64,000 bases of DNA from Eledone cirrhosa (GCA_964016885.1 OZ024740.1:333808001-333872000); one strand, 5' to 3'. Positions 13,501 to 27,030 are shown, counted from the stretch's first letter. A program made the numbers and translations. Notes: generated from the sequence alone by a model not told the origin.

Positions 13501-15180
13501 TACCTCCCAACCAGCATGAGTGTTTTTACCTGCGCCTTCTCCCCCATGATGTTTTTTGGCGTACAAAGCTTTCGAGAGATAAGAACTGTTGACGGTGAAT
13601 TATGTGATATTTTCCGGGAAGCCTGCTTTAGGCGATGCCTTTTGGAGGATGATTCACAATGGGGTGCTACTATGGCAGAGGGCGTTTTGTTGAAATCTGC
13701 TAAAAGACTAAGATCACTTTTCGCTATTCTACTCCTATGGAGCGACTTGGGCGATCCGGCCTCTTTATAGCTTAGCGACAAAGATTACATGTCTGAAGAT
13801 TTCCTGCGTCACGCTCAGTTGCTAAACCCATCGATGGAGGTCGGGTACAGTGACCTGATTTACAACAGGGCGCTGCTTGAAATCGAAGATACTGTTCTCG
13901 ATATGTGCGGTAGTGCGTTGGTGGTGTATGGCCTACCTTCAACAAACCTGGAAGGCGCAAACACATTGTCTTCGGATTTGCTGCGTGAGACATCTTATAA
14001 TGTTGACGAGCTTGCCCAGTACATAGCGGAGAAGGAGCCAAAGCTCCTTCCAGAACAGAAATACGCTTACAACTCCGTTGTTAATTCTGTCCGGGGCAAA
14101 GCTGGGGGGATTTTTTTCATGGACGCTCCTGGAGGGACTGGGAAAACTTTTGTCACCAAAGTAATTTTAGCTGAGATTAGGCGAACAGAAGGCATTGCCT
14201 TAGTTGTGGCATCATCTGGAATTGCGGCTACTTTGTTGCCGGGCGGCAGGACAGTTCACTCCTATTTCAAGCTCCCGCTTGACTTAGCGAAGACTGAGAC
14301 ACCCACTTGCAACACCAGTAAGAGCTCCAATCAGGCAGAAGTGTTCAGATGATACAAGCTTATCGTTTGGGACGAATGCACGATGACCCACAGAGGTGCT
14401 CTTGAGGCGCTAGATAGAACTCTGAGAGACATCAAAGACTCTACGGCTCCCATGGGAGGCATAACACTTCTTCTTTCAGGGGACCTCAGCAAACGCTACC
14501 CGTTATTCCCAAGGGGACTAGAGCTGATGCAGTACGTGCGTGTTTTAAGTCATCTGCATTGTGGCCTCTGGTGAAGACTCTGAAACTTCACACTAACATG
14601 CGCGCTCATATCCGAGGTGATATCGCATCAGCAGCATATTCTCACACCCTCCTTGCACTTGGCGAAGGCAAAACGCCCGGGGATGAAAAGGGTAATATTG
14701 CCATCGACTGATTTTGTACCGTTGTTAGTACGCCTTCTGATCTCAAGGATGCAGTGTGTCCAGATCTCCAAGCAAATTATCAGAATATGGATTGGCTTGC
14801 CCAAAGGGGTATTCTGGCCCCGAGGAATAAAATTGTTAACCATATTAATGATCAAATTCTAAAACTTATTCCTGGGGATGGCTGCGTATATAAATCTACC
14901 GATAGAACTCCTGACCCTGAGGACGTCATCAACTATCTAATAGAGGTACTAAATTCCTTTGAGTCCCCCGGATTACCCCCACACATTTGGGAACTTAACG
15001 TTGGTGTCCCTATAATGCTCATTCGAAATTTGCTTCCGCCGAAACAATGCAATGGCACACGTTTGGTTGTTAAGTACTTAGCTCCCAATCTGATTGAGGC
15101 CACGATAATCACAGGGTGCGGTCGGGGCAAGGTTGTGCTCATACCGAGGATGCATCTTTTCCCATCAGGAGCAGACCTAC
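10533..15180 (+). pseudogene. Helitron RepHel (HUH-Y2 Rep plus PIF1 helicase), broken by stops and frameshifts
   Basis: Start MPPKKRSRLG, Zn finger CKFCNAKKWAGEPPAMCC, Rep motifs PDLIIMFTCSPKW, VEWQKRELPHAHIL and KYTYKYVNKG, Walker A DAPGGTGKT, VWDECTM, NGTRLVV. The last helicase motifs are missing. Confidence 0.95.
10790..11150 (+). repeat. 69-bp (23-aa) coding tandem repeat, STPR-like, in the RepHel N-terminus
   Basis: About 5 units such as TAASRVSEGPEQRSTRLARNVDA and TAASRASEGSQKWSTRLNRNAAT. Confidence 0.85.
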
Positions 15181-15445
15181 AAATGAAAAGTGCCTATACG
15201 CAACAACGCTCACTTTTATTAGACAGGTCATATTAAATAAAACTGGTAATATTGGGGTGCTGACCATGAGTTTCAATACAGAAATTGAAGCAATAGAGAT
15301 GGCTATCTGGCATGGAATTCAACAGATGTTTGAAACAATACAAATGTAGAATATAGTGTATATTAAATAGATAGCAACATACACACCCGCAAGCACACAA
15401 ATATGCATCAATATACATATGAGTACATGTGTTGTGTAAATAATG

Positions 15446-15528
15446 CGATATTCATTTTTGTGTCATCAAAAGCTGAGTTGCGATTCAAACACGATATTCA
15501 TTTTTGTGTCATCAAAAGCTGAGTTGCT
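15446..15528. repeat. Short direct duplication
   Basis: cgatattcatttttgtgtcatcaaaagctgagttgc occurs twice, about 47 bp apart. Confidence 0.9.
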
Positions 15529-16121
15529 AGAAGTGCATTGAAAACATCTGCACGATGGAAACTATTAACAAAGATTGTCGAATAACATTGCTATCCTTTG
15601 GTCATCACTTTTATCTATTAAGTGACGTATCCATTTGTTTTTTTGTTACTTAAAATATCCGGATATATGTTGCTTATAGATTACATACATGCACAAGCAC
15701 CAAAACAGGCTATGTGTATATATGTGGAGTCATATATGGGTACATATACGATGTTTATAAGATAACATCCACAACTTCAGCTTCAATTTGTCGTGCGGTC
15801 ATGTGACAATCACCACAGTCGCCGTCTTAGAGCGTTGTATATGTATTTCATGATTATTATCTCCTTCAATAATGCTTATTTTCTACAGAGCTGCTGAATT
15901 TTTATATATTCTCTCGTAGATATACCTTTGTTAGTCAAATCATTTTCATAAAATATCATTTAGTTATAGCTCGTTATTGAAACGATAATCAGATTAAAAT
16001 AGAAACAGTGAAATTTCTATATGTTATTATATTCAAATTTAACTCGTATTGCTTCATATACGCACGATTGTCTATGATGTTGAATTTGTACTATCCCTGG
16101 TTGATAAACACAAACACAAAA

Positions 16122-16209
<88 letters not shown>

Positions 16210-16823
16210 ATACACACACACATATATATATACGGGGTAAGATGAAGAGAGCGAGAGAGAGTGAGAGAGAAAGAGAGAGAATATGCAGAAATTGATATTG
16301 AAGAATGATACCGGTATACATATAGTGTAACACGCATTAATATCTTCCTTTACATACTTCTGTCAGTATATATATTTTGGGAGGGATATATTTGATGACA
16401 AATTTCTTGGAATGATTACGTATCACGTTGTAAGCATGGACGTATTAATCATGATATTTTTGCTACCTTCCTAATGTAGATTTCTAGGACAAATTAATGA
16501 TGATTTTGCTAAGGTGCTAAACTGAAAGATGATGAATTTTGAAAAGTAAGTCTAGACGGATATTAGCTTAACGTGTTTTCGACAATATAATAATTTCATA
16601 CTTTCGAACTTGAATGTTTTGATTTTGCATAGAACATATGCGACTACTAGACAGGGTAAACTAAATTTACCCCATTACCAGAAACGAAGGAAGAATGATA
16701 ATTGATCACATGCAATTAAATGTTCATCTCAATTAAGGATTTATGATTATATTCCGTGTCAAACTTTAATATAAATCAAATGTGTAATTTACTGGCACCA
16801 CTATATATATTTATTTCAGACTT

Positions 16824-16918
<95 letters not shown>

Positions 16919-18046
16919 ATGTATATATATATATATAGAATGTGATTACTTGATTTCCATATATATATATATATATATATATATATGGAAATCAAGTAAT
17001 CATATTTGTGGAAGGAAGCAGTTTGGTAAAAAGCAAGGCAACCATAATGAGAAATTATATATATATATAACAGTTACGATCAGGTCACTCTTGGGTCCTA
17101 CTGGTAACATGTAACCCAGTAAAGCATGTCGCATGGTCGGGTCGTCGGTGACTAAACTGGCAACACCACCAAGTTTTTTTGTTGAGGAAGTGGTGATTTT
17201 GGACACCCTGAGGACAAAAAACGAAACGTCACAAAGGGTGGAGGAACTCGTATGAGTCAACAGCCATCGAAAAATGTGTAAATATGTACATATTGTATCG
17301 GTGTGGGTGAGTGCAGGACTGATTGCGCGTTTGTCTGTGTACATATATGTATAGATTTGATAAAATTAAAACATTTTAAACATTCATATATATCTTTTGT
17401 ATGTATGCGTGCATATATGTATACATATAAGTATATACAGTTAAGGTTAAAGTACCAAGTTAAGAATTGGCGCGGGGTAGCCTCACATTCTGAGGGTAGC
17501 TGTAATCTCTCTGAGATTTGGTTGACAGTCCACCCAGTAAAGGTGTCACGATAAAAACACTGGTTTTTGCGTTATCTTACAAACGCCTTTTGCAACATGC
17601 CATGAGCCATCAAGGAAGAATAGGCTCATAAAGTTAACATGAAAAAGTCACCTCAAAGAATCTTTGTACCGAGAAGGCCATCTCCGGCCCCTGTAAGAGT
17701 GAAGAGGAGGGCACACCAGCAGCCCCAGTCTGATGCGACAGCTATGACTAAGGTATCACACCTGCATCCTCGATCTGGTTTGATTTAAACGAATAGAAGA
17801 AACACATAGACAAAGAAAAAGACCTTTAATGTCTATCAGTTCATCTTGTTTTAAAAGACTGTGATCGAACGCCCCTGGCTAAAAAGGAAAACGAATCGAT
17901 TTGCATATAGAGCGTGTGCGTGTATGTATGCTTGTTATTCTTCTATACATAGCTGTGACAATATGTGCGTGTATATAATTTTATGGTTGTGGGGGGCGGG
18001 ATTACTTACTGGCTCGTAGAAAAGTTTTAGAAGTGTGTGCCTGTTG

Positions 18047-18138
<92 letters not shown>

Positions 18139-18149
18139 ATATATATATA

Positions 18150-18575
18150 ACATTACTTTTGAGCTGACTTTTGGGATGCTCCCATACAGCTCTGGGTTTT
18201 TCATCCTCAGTGTATACTGATTAATGTTCAGAGCCATCCTCATCATTCTCGTGTAGCACCCAACCTCCGTCTGAGTGAGTTTCTTGGTCAGTGTCCAAGT
18301 CTCAGACCCGTACAGCAGCACAAAAGTGACGCAGAGGAGATTGAGGTTAGCTGGACGGACATGCTCACCGACATCCAGAGTTGACATTGCACTCAGTGCT
18401 CCTGTGGGAGCCCCTACATGGACACACTAGAAGAGGAAGACCAAGGTTAACGTATGTTGATGCCCTAAGTACAGACTCTGGTCTGTTGGAGACGCAGGAC
18501 ATGGCAGCGATAATGAGGGACAGAAACCGCTGGAGAGAACTCGTCCATGGATCTCGGGAATTTTACCCGCCTTAG
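18150..18575. mobile_element. RTE LINE 3' end with 5' inversion
   Basis: 18150-18327 (minus) encodes LLYGSETWTLTKK...YGSIPKVSSKV. 18321-18575 (plus) continues KVTQRRLRLAG...LHSVLLWEPLHGHTRRGRP...RDRNRWRELV. Confidence 0.88.
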
Positions 18576-18584
18576 AGAGAGATA

Positions 18585-19025
18585 TAACATTAGTCACCAA
18601 TGCCAAATTACCTACCACAAACCCACAACCAGCTGTTAAAAAATGTGGTCGTTCTAATTGTGGAACCTTCACTCACTTCATTGAAGGCAACACGTATACA
18701 TTTCAATCGGAACAGATTTTGCTGTAAAAAATCACATCACTTGCTCATCAAAAAATCTATTTTATGCCATTAAATGTAAAGGATGCAATGCAGATTATAT
18801 AGGACAAACTAAACTCACACTCAGAAACAGAATGGCAGTTCATCGCCAACAATTACGAGATCTAACCACGAGACAGTTACCACTAAGTGCACATCTAGAC
18901 ATATGCGCAAGTAATAAGACACCCACATTCCAAGTCTTCCCATTTTACCTTTGCAACAGAACAAATACGAATAAGTGAGAAAAATATGTTTATTCAAAAA
19001 TATAGACCAGCTTTGAATATAATTT
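18585..19025 (+). mobile_element. Penelope-like element 3' fragment (GIY-YIG)
   Basis: Manual translation gives KCGRSNCGT...HITCSSKNLFYAIKCKGCNADYIGQTKLTLRNRMAVHRQQ. Confidence 0.88.
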
Positions 19026-19257
19026 AATATACATTATGTCAACACCATAAAATGCTAACCATCCAAACAAACACATATACACACACACATAACACCTTCT
19101 ACATTAGAAAATGAAAACGATAACTAAATAAACCTCAACATACGTTAATACTCTAACACCTTAACATGCTAACCACACACTCCACACACACATAACTCTC
19201 TCCCCCATTTCTACTAACGGAATCATTTTCCTACACACACACACACACACAGGCAAA

Positions 19258-19391
19258 GTTAATCGGCGGGGTGCACCGAAAACGATAAACGGAAAAAATG
19301 AAACGAAATTTCATTTCTCACTCTTAGTACAGCTGTTACTTAAATATAAGTATGTATACGTACATATATATATGTATACAGATGTACAGCA

Positions 19392-19448
<57 letters not shown>

Positions 19449-19541
19449 CATGCCCTCATATGTACGCATGGATTCACCGAACGTTTATTATAATGCTCGG
19501 TGTGTTTGTAAACAAACATCCCGAATTAAGCCGTACACTGT
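19258..19541 (-). repeat. Family A repeat, partial copy lacking the HHR
   Basis: caccgaaaacgataaa...ttcatttctcactcttagtac...ttattataatgctcgg...gaattaagccgtac matches the other copies. Confidence 0.85.
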
Positions 19542-19665
19542 CTAGTAATCATCACCATGAACATTTTCTAGTAATCATCTCCATGAACATCACTTTTATT
19601 ATTATTATTATTGTTGTTCTTGTTGTCAGTGATCGTAGTCATAGTCATAGTAAGATACGCCATTA

Positions 19666-20682
19666 TTATTGTTCATTTAGCTTGGGTTTGAATTTATCAA
19701 TAACATTTTTTTCTTTGATTTTTCTCTTGATTTCACTTGGGCTGTGTAAATTGTAGAATGGGAATATTATAAATATTCCCTGACCATATGTTGCTAGATG
19801 GCTACTTAGGGTTATCTGACGGACATTTGGGTCTCTGATTTGCTGTCGGTGTACCCGTGCACGTTCCGATAGTGCATTTCCAGTTTGACCGACATATAGT
19901 TCTTCACAATTCGGGCATTTAATGCAGTAAATTAGATTTCTGCTTTTGCAGTTCATATTTGCATTTGGGAATATTTTTCCAGTTTTTTTTTTTCATATAT
20001 TGACCGGCGTGTATGGATTGACATGTGCCATATCGACTATCATTGCATTTAGATACAGTGAATGATTGGTCTTTGTTGTTAAGGTCAAACTTTGCTTTTG
20101 TTAGTAATTGCCTCAAATTTGTCGGTTGTCTTTTACTAAGAGTCAAAGATCGATCTGTGATTAAGCCTTTTAATTCATTACTTTGAGCAATGATCCGTAG
20201 GTATGCTTTGGCAGTGTTGAAGATATTATGGTGACATGGGTTGTGTGTCATTATAAATGGTATGACCAGTTCTTGGTTTCTTCTGCCTTGGGTTGTCCTA
20301 AGTTGTTAAATAGGTATTTTTATAGCCCGTAGTATGCCATTTTCTGTAAGTAGAGATGGGTATTTTTGTTTGAGCAAAAATTCTCTTAGTTCTGTTAGGC
20401 GTTTGTACCTGGTATTCGTATCTTCCACAATGGTACAAATTCCTCTGGCTAGGCAGTATGGGATGTTGCGTTTTGTATGAGGTGGATGGCACGACTTAAA
20501 ATTCAGATATTAATGGGTGGTAATGGTGGTGTCGTTTTTGATTATCATTATATCTAGGAATGGTAATTTGGTACTACTCATCACTTTTGTGAATTGGAGA
20601 GATGTGTGTAGGTTATTCAGGAGGATAATGAACTCCAGATGATGAAACAGTCGTCAAGGTATCTCTTCCAAGATTTTTCAAT
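19666..20682 (-). mobile_element. Penelope-like element, 5'-truncated (RT C-terminal half plus GIY-YIG)
   Basis: [11 protein letters not shown] (YxDD), thumb region, and NCKSRNLIYCIKCPNCEELYVGQTGNALSERARVHRQQI. Confidence 0.92.
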
Positions 20683-20749
20683 GTGTATATATATATATAT
20701 ATATATGTATATGTATATATATATATATTTATATATATATATGTATATA

Positions 20750-20795
<46 letters not shown>

Positions 20796-20910
20796 TTCTA
20801 AAACGGGGCACCCAAGCAAATATGTTTATAGCTGATATAAAGCACTCAACAAATGATTGGAGTAAAAATACGATATTAACAAATGGAAACTATATTTATG
20901 AAACCATATT

Positions 20911-20975
20911 TATTTCATTATACATATTTCAAGGACACCGAGTTAAATTATGGTGTGCTTTCATCAGATAAGATA
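20911..20975 (-). ncRNA. Type-I hammerhead ribozyme (family G, left arm)
   Basis: Inverted copy of 21143-21207, with one stem I mismatch. Confidence 0.7.
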
Positions 20976-21142
20976 TAACATAGAGCAGTTTTATAAATAA
21001 ATATTGACATGCCCTTAAATAATGCAACCATTACTGTTGGAAGCTCCCGGATAGTGTGTATATATATCCGGGAGCTTCCAACAGTAATGGTTGCATTCTT
21101 TAAGGGCATGTCAATATTTATTTATAAAACTGCTCTATATTA

Positions 21143-21207
21143 TATTTTATCTGATGAAAGCACACCATAATTTAACTTGGTGTCCTTGAAATATGTATAA
21201 TGAAATA
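21143..21207 (+). ncRNA. Type-I hammerhead ribozyme (family G, right arm)
   Basis: tattttat-CTGATGA-aagcacacc-loop-ggtgtcctt-GAAA-t-atgt-a-ta-atgaaata, triplet AUA. Confidence 0.75.
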
Positions 21208-21246
21208 AATATGGTTTTATAAATATAGTTTCCATTTGTTAATATC

Positions 21247-21312
<66 letters not shown>

Positions 21313-21349
21313 AGGCATGTATTGAGTTAGAAACTCCAAATAGTCTCAT

Positions 21350-21401
<52 letters not shown>

Positions 21402-21439
21402 CTGTGTGTGTGTGTGGAATGTATTAGCTTCTGATGATT

Positions 21440-21573
<134 letters not shown>

Positions 21574-23009
21574 TGTTTATGTGTGCTTGTGAGCATATAT
21601 TTGTGAGTGCAGATACATGTTCGTGTGTGAAACAGTGAAGGCGTATGTCTCTGTGTATGTCTTAATCTGCAATACGTGAATATTCATAAGACAAAAATGT
21701 AAATATATGTAGAATGAGAGGGAAGCACACAGAGATTGACAGATAAACATTGTGTAGAATATTTAAGAAGAAGTAAAATAAATAACGACTAATAGGTAAT
21801 AGTTAAAGCGATGATTTAGAATGGGAGACACCAATAACAATCATTTGCATCATTTATCATATATTTATAAAAAACTACAAAAAGCGACCTTGTCTCGTTT
21901 TGAATTTATGAGGTACTATATGGAAAAACAAAGAGAAATATACAAAATGTGATTATACATTAAAATTGCTAAATATTCAACATAATGTTGAAACTACTAC
22001 CATTATTTTAGAAAAATGAATATATATCCCATCCAAAAAACCACACAAAAACATTAAATAAAGACACGCAGGCACCTACCCCTTACACACTAAGACATAA
22101 ACATAGCCATATACTCAATTATTGTATATATATATATATATATACGAGCTGAATCGCGCCGACACATACACATATTCACATACACGTACGCTCACATATC
22201 CATATATATATATATACACACACATATATATGTGGTGTATGTGTTAGTGTATGTGTTTGTTTGTTTGCATGAGTGTGTGTTTCTGTGTCTGTGTGTATAC
22301 AAATATCGACCCGAAATAAAAACATTAGCTCTCATACTCCAGAACACACTCACATGAGTGTTTCCAACTAACAAACACTACCAGACCACTCCCAATATGC
22401 ACTCCACTGAGTAATATTGTTTTCTTCGCATTTACGTAGATCTAAATTTCAGTCCATTATAATACATTAGCGTGGAGTCTGTTTTACTGTAGTGCCCGCC
22501 AAAAATCAATAGAACACATTGCTCGGCGCCGTACTGATATGACAGCTATCCAACACTCTCCTATGTACTGCCAAGTTGCCGATAAGAACATGACTGCAAT
22601 TCTGTTAAGTAGTCGGTTGGAAATTATGTTGGCATTTTCCTTGACTTGCGACGATTTTTTCTGCTACAATTTTCTCTGCTTTAATAGACAACTATATTTG
22701 ACTTGATATCTTCAAGCAATGTTCAAACAGTAGACTATACTTCTAAAGATCTTCACTCCGAAATATTATTTATGCATTTCTATTTCTGTACAGATTCTGT
22801 TTAATATTGTTTGACTTACATTTCATTTACTGAGCTATTATTTCTATAATTCATTCGACTATACAAAACGATAGATACAAAGTAAACAATCACAGATTTA
22901 AACCAACCCAAAAAAGAAAAAAAAACGTTCAATACATATTTGCATGCATGCATGTAAGTATGTATTCATGTATGTGTGTATATATATGTGTGTGTGTGTG
23001 TGTATGTGT

Positions 23010-23052
<43 letters not shown>

Positions 23053-23179
23053 AGTGAGTGCATGTGTGTTTGTGTGAGTGTGTGTGGTTATGTGTCTGTG
23101 TGTGTGTGTGTGTATATATTCTTCTTCTTCGCCCTCTTATCCTTGATACAGTCCTGAGGAAGTCCTTAAACACTCCTTA

Positions 23180-23265
<86 letters not shown>

Positions 23266-23414
23266 CTTCTGTGTATATTATTATTTATGGCTATCTGTCT
23301 TTCTATCTCTCTTTATCTCTATCTCTCTCCCTCTATATATATGTATGTACACACACACATTTATCTATATATATATCTATGTATCTATCCATATATCTCT
23401 CTATATATCTACAC

Positions 23415-23500
<86 letters not shown>

Positions 23501-23917
23501 ATATATATAGAGAGAGAGATGTGTGAAACGTATATATAAATATAAAGAGAGACGGAGAGAGAGAGCGAGCGAGAGACAGACAGAAAGAGAGCCATAAATA
23601 ATAATACACACATTGACACATACACGCATGCCATACATAAATACATATACACATAATTATAAATATATATATAGTCTTTTAGAAATTAGAAATGTGTGTC
23701 CCAACACAAGCGACAATAAAATAATTACTCCCTATAAATAACAAACCCAGGGGACCAAAAAATGTGACAAAGATGACTACCTACCTTTTACTCGATCTAT
23801 ATCGACATTACCCGAATTTCTCATCTCGTATTTATAGAGACCCAATTTGTGGTCGCTTGCACGTATTTCGTATTGCAAATTTTCCTTTGTGTATGAATAT
23901 ATATGTATATATATATA

Positions 23918-24340
23918 TGATGGCCGCAAATTCGCGTTCGAGCATTGCCCTCACCTGATAACATGCAAACAAATGTGAGGTATGTACGGGGCTCTTTAAA
24001 CCAACCAAAGATTTGCACCCTCTGGCACACACAATGCAACTGTAGGCTCCGCTGGGACTTTCCACTGCTTGATTCTGACTGTTGTTATGTCTCATTTAAG
24101 ACCTCGTATGCTTGCACCCTCCTTGCCACGTTCCTTAAACATTTTCAGGTCATAATCTACTTTGTTCATGCCTAATCAAACCAGCTTGGATCAGGCAGAA
24201 TCGAGCCCATGAGCTGGCAAAACAGATGTTGCTCAACAACAGGCACATCAGAACAATCACTTTTTCTAACCTTTCTTTTCAGTGTTAGGTGTTCATTTCC
24301 TGACTTGATTAAATGTTTCCATTTCACACGGACCTCAGCC
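23918..24340 (-). mobile_element. RTE LINE 3' fragment with C-terminal zinc-finger-like motif
   Basis: YSCIVCARGCKSLVGLKS near the 3' end, followed by a (TA)n tail. Confidence 0.6.
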
Positions 24341-24399
<59 letters not shown>

Positions 24400-24671
24400 T
24401 ATATAAATGGAAAATAATGAAATGAAATTTCATTTCTCCCACTTAGTAGGCTGATACTTAAATGTAAGTATGCATATGTACATACATATATATATAAAGA
24501 CGTATAGTTGTATGTATATATATACATACATGCACACATATATATGTGTGTACGTATGTGTTTACCGAACATTTATTATAATGTTCGGTTTGTTTGTAAA
24601 CAAACAGCCCGAATTAAGCCGTACAGTGTTCGGAAACGATCGTCGGCCTTTTGTTCAACACTGACAAAAGA

Positions 24672-24714
24672 ACGATGAACTAGTTTCAAGCTTATTAGCT
24701 ATCGTCAGCATCGT
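24672..24714 (-). ncRNA. Type-I HHR (family A), triplet GUU
   Basis: acgatg-CTGACGA-tagctaataagctt-GAAA-ctag-tt-catcgt. Confidence 0.8.
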
Positions 24715-25148
24715 ATTCCTTCCTGTCGGGTGTTTGAACTTTTCAAAGTATATACTTTCCGTATGCATATTAACGGCTGAGCAGTCAAATTTGCATATCG
24801 CGTGAGTTAGTCAGCCGGGCGTACTGAATACGATAAATGGAAAAGAATGAAATGAACGGCTTAATACTGGCTGTTTGTTTACAAACAAACCGAACATTAT
24901 AATAAATGTTCAGTAAACCCATACGTACATATATATATATAGTAATAATAATAAATTTGAAGACCTACATTTAAGTATCAGCCGTACTAAGAGTGAGAAA
25001 TGAAATTTCATTTCATTATTTTCCATTTATCGTTTTCGGTACGTCCCGCCGACTAACTCACTCTATATGCAAATTAGGCTGCTCAGCCGTTAATATGCAT
25101 TAGGAAAGTATATACTTTCAAACGTGCAATCATCTGACAGGAAGGTAT

Positions 25149-25191
25149 ACGTTGCTGACAATAGCTAATAAGCTTGAAACTAGTTCATCGT
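25149..25191 (+). ncRNA. Type-I HHR (family A), probably inactive
   Basis: Core CTGACAA breaks the C3-G8 pair, and stem I has a mismatch. Confidence 0.6.
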
Positions 25192-25302
25192 TCTTTGTTG
25201 AACAAAAGGCCGACGATCGTTGCCGAACACTGTACGGCTTAATTCGGGCTGTTTCTTTACAAACAAACCGAAGATTATAATAAATGTTCGATAAACCGAT
25301 AC

Positions 25303-25441
<139 letters not shown>

Positions 25442-26299
25442 CTACTGTACATCTGTATACATATATGTATGTATGTACACATACTTACATTTATATATTT
25501 ATATATATATATATAGTCGCGTACGTACGTGTGATTAGATATACATGTGGCGATATATATATATATACGTGCCTCGTGTGTATGTACGCATGCATGCGCT
25601 TTTGTCTGTACGTATTTGTGTGTATAAATATGTTTATATATATATATGTGTGTGTACGTGCGCACCTATGTTTTTTTTCTTTTCTCTAGTGTTAATTGAT
25701 TACTTTCTCTTTGATTTAAATTTTTTTTTCATTCTCATATATTGTTTAATTTTTATACATATATCGGGAATGACACTTCTTTTTACTATTACACTCCCTT
25801 CCCTCTTTATCTTCCGCATATAAGTGACCGTGCGTGTGTGTGTGTTCATACGCGTGCTTTCATACTCGTATGTGTATTTAATACCTTATCTGGATACGTG
25901 TTAACTATATTATCATACAATTTCTTTTTCAACTCATATTATATATGTATTTGTGGTCACATATACACAAATATACTTGCCCTCATATATGTACTTACGC
26001 ACACATTTTCACCATACACATGCATTTGTACATACACACACATATGTACATTTGTGAGTGTATATACACATACCCTAACTATATTTCCTTATTTTTTTAT
26101 ATATCTCTTGCATTACTTTTATTTATATATGTTTTGCCCGTTAAACTGTTGCATTTCTTGAGGAGACTTTTCAAATATTTCACTATGTTTTAAATTGCCT
26201 TATCCGACGCGACGAATGAGGACGTTTTTCGTATTCGTCTTATTCGGGAAACCTCTGGTAATGAGGTAATTATATTGTATTGATTATTATACATTATAT

Positions 26300-27030
26300 A
26301 TATTTATACACACTGTGAAACTCTCGTATTCTACCACGCGCACCAGCGCTCAGCACATAGCTAGCATCAATAGGAGTAGACTTAGAAACTACACACAACC
26401 AGCAGCTTGCAATATATGCACCCAGCAGAGCCATGTGGAGGAAAAGAATGGTGGACCCGGTACCCACCCTGGAACCCAAACAGACCCAGGACCTCCACCG
26501 GCCCCAGGGGAAAACCATCCTATACTACGCAACGGGAATCTCACAATTGGCACTCAGGGGTCGACCACCTTCTGCAACAGCAGAACCCCCACATTATGCC
26601 CCCTTAGTAAGGAATCCCTCATGACGAACTTAGTATACAGGTGTAGAGCAAAAACCCCCAGCTCTGAGCACCTTTACATAGGTTCCACATCAGCGAGCTT
26701 CAATGACATGATATAACCATTGCCATTCCTTTAAAAGGAAAAGTACGGCTCAAGCTGGAGAGGATCCCGTACTCTCTGGCCTGGTCTAAAATCAGGAAAG
26801 TACCACCTGATAGAGTGGGATCTGGTATGTGCAGCCTATGTTTGAGCGAGACACAAGAGATACTCAGTGGTGGGATCAGCCTAATCAACCTCAGGACCGA
26901 CTTCTTTGGTATATGTAGACACCTCAGGCCTGGAACCTTCCTCAAGCTATATGGATAACAACCCATAGGGATGGGAACTTCCCTCAAGCTATAGGGACAA
27001 CAGGCCGTTACACCGAGTCCAAGGTAAACC
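26300..27030 (+). mobile_element. Penelope-like element 3' fragment (GIY-YIG, CxCR/CPL-type linker)
   Basis: KLSYSTTR (thumb end), FCNSRTPTLCPL, LVYRCRAKTPSSEHLYIGSTS, and downstream CSLCLSE and LINLRTDFFGICRH. Confidence 0.85.

Larger units (their letters stand above)
9962..15180 (+). mobile_element. Autonomous-type Helitron, decayed and 3'-truncated
   Basis: Probable 5' end atcattatctataaaag near 9962, followed by the RepHel pseudogene. No CTRR/hairpin terminus seen after 15180. Confidence 0.85.
20868..21250. repeat. Foldback palindrome, ~185-bp arms, each carrying an HHR
   Basis: Arms 20868-21052 and 21066-21250 are reverse complements with few mismatches around a short TA/TG loop. Confidence 0.95.

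Noticed and set aside
17200-17245. caccctgagga...cgaaacgtcacaaagggtg as a hammerhead
   Set aside because: No stem II and no NUH triplet before the closing helix. More likely part of a LINE 5' region.
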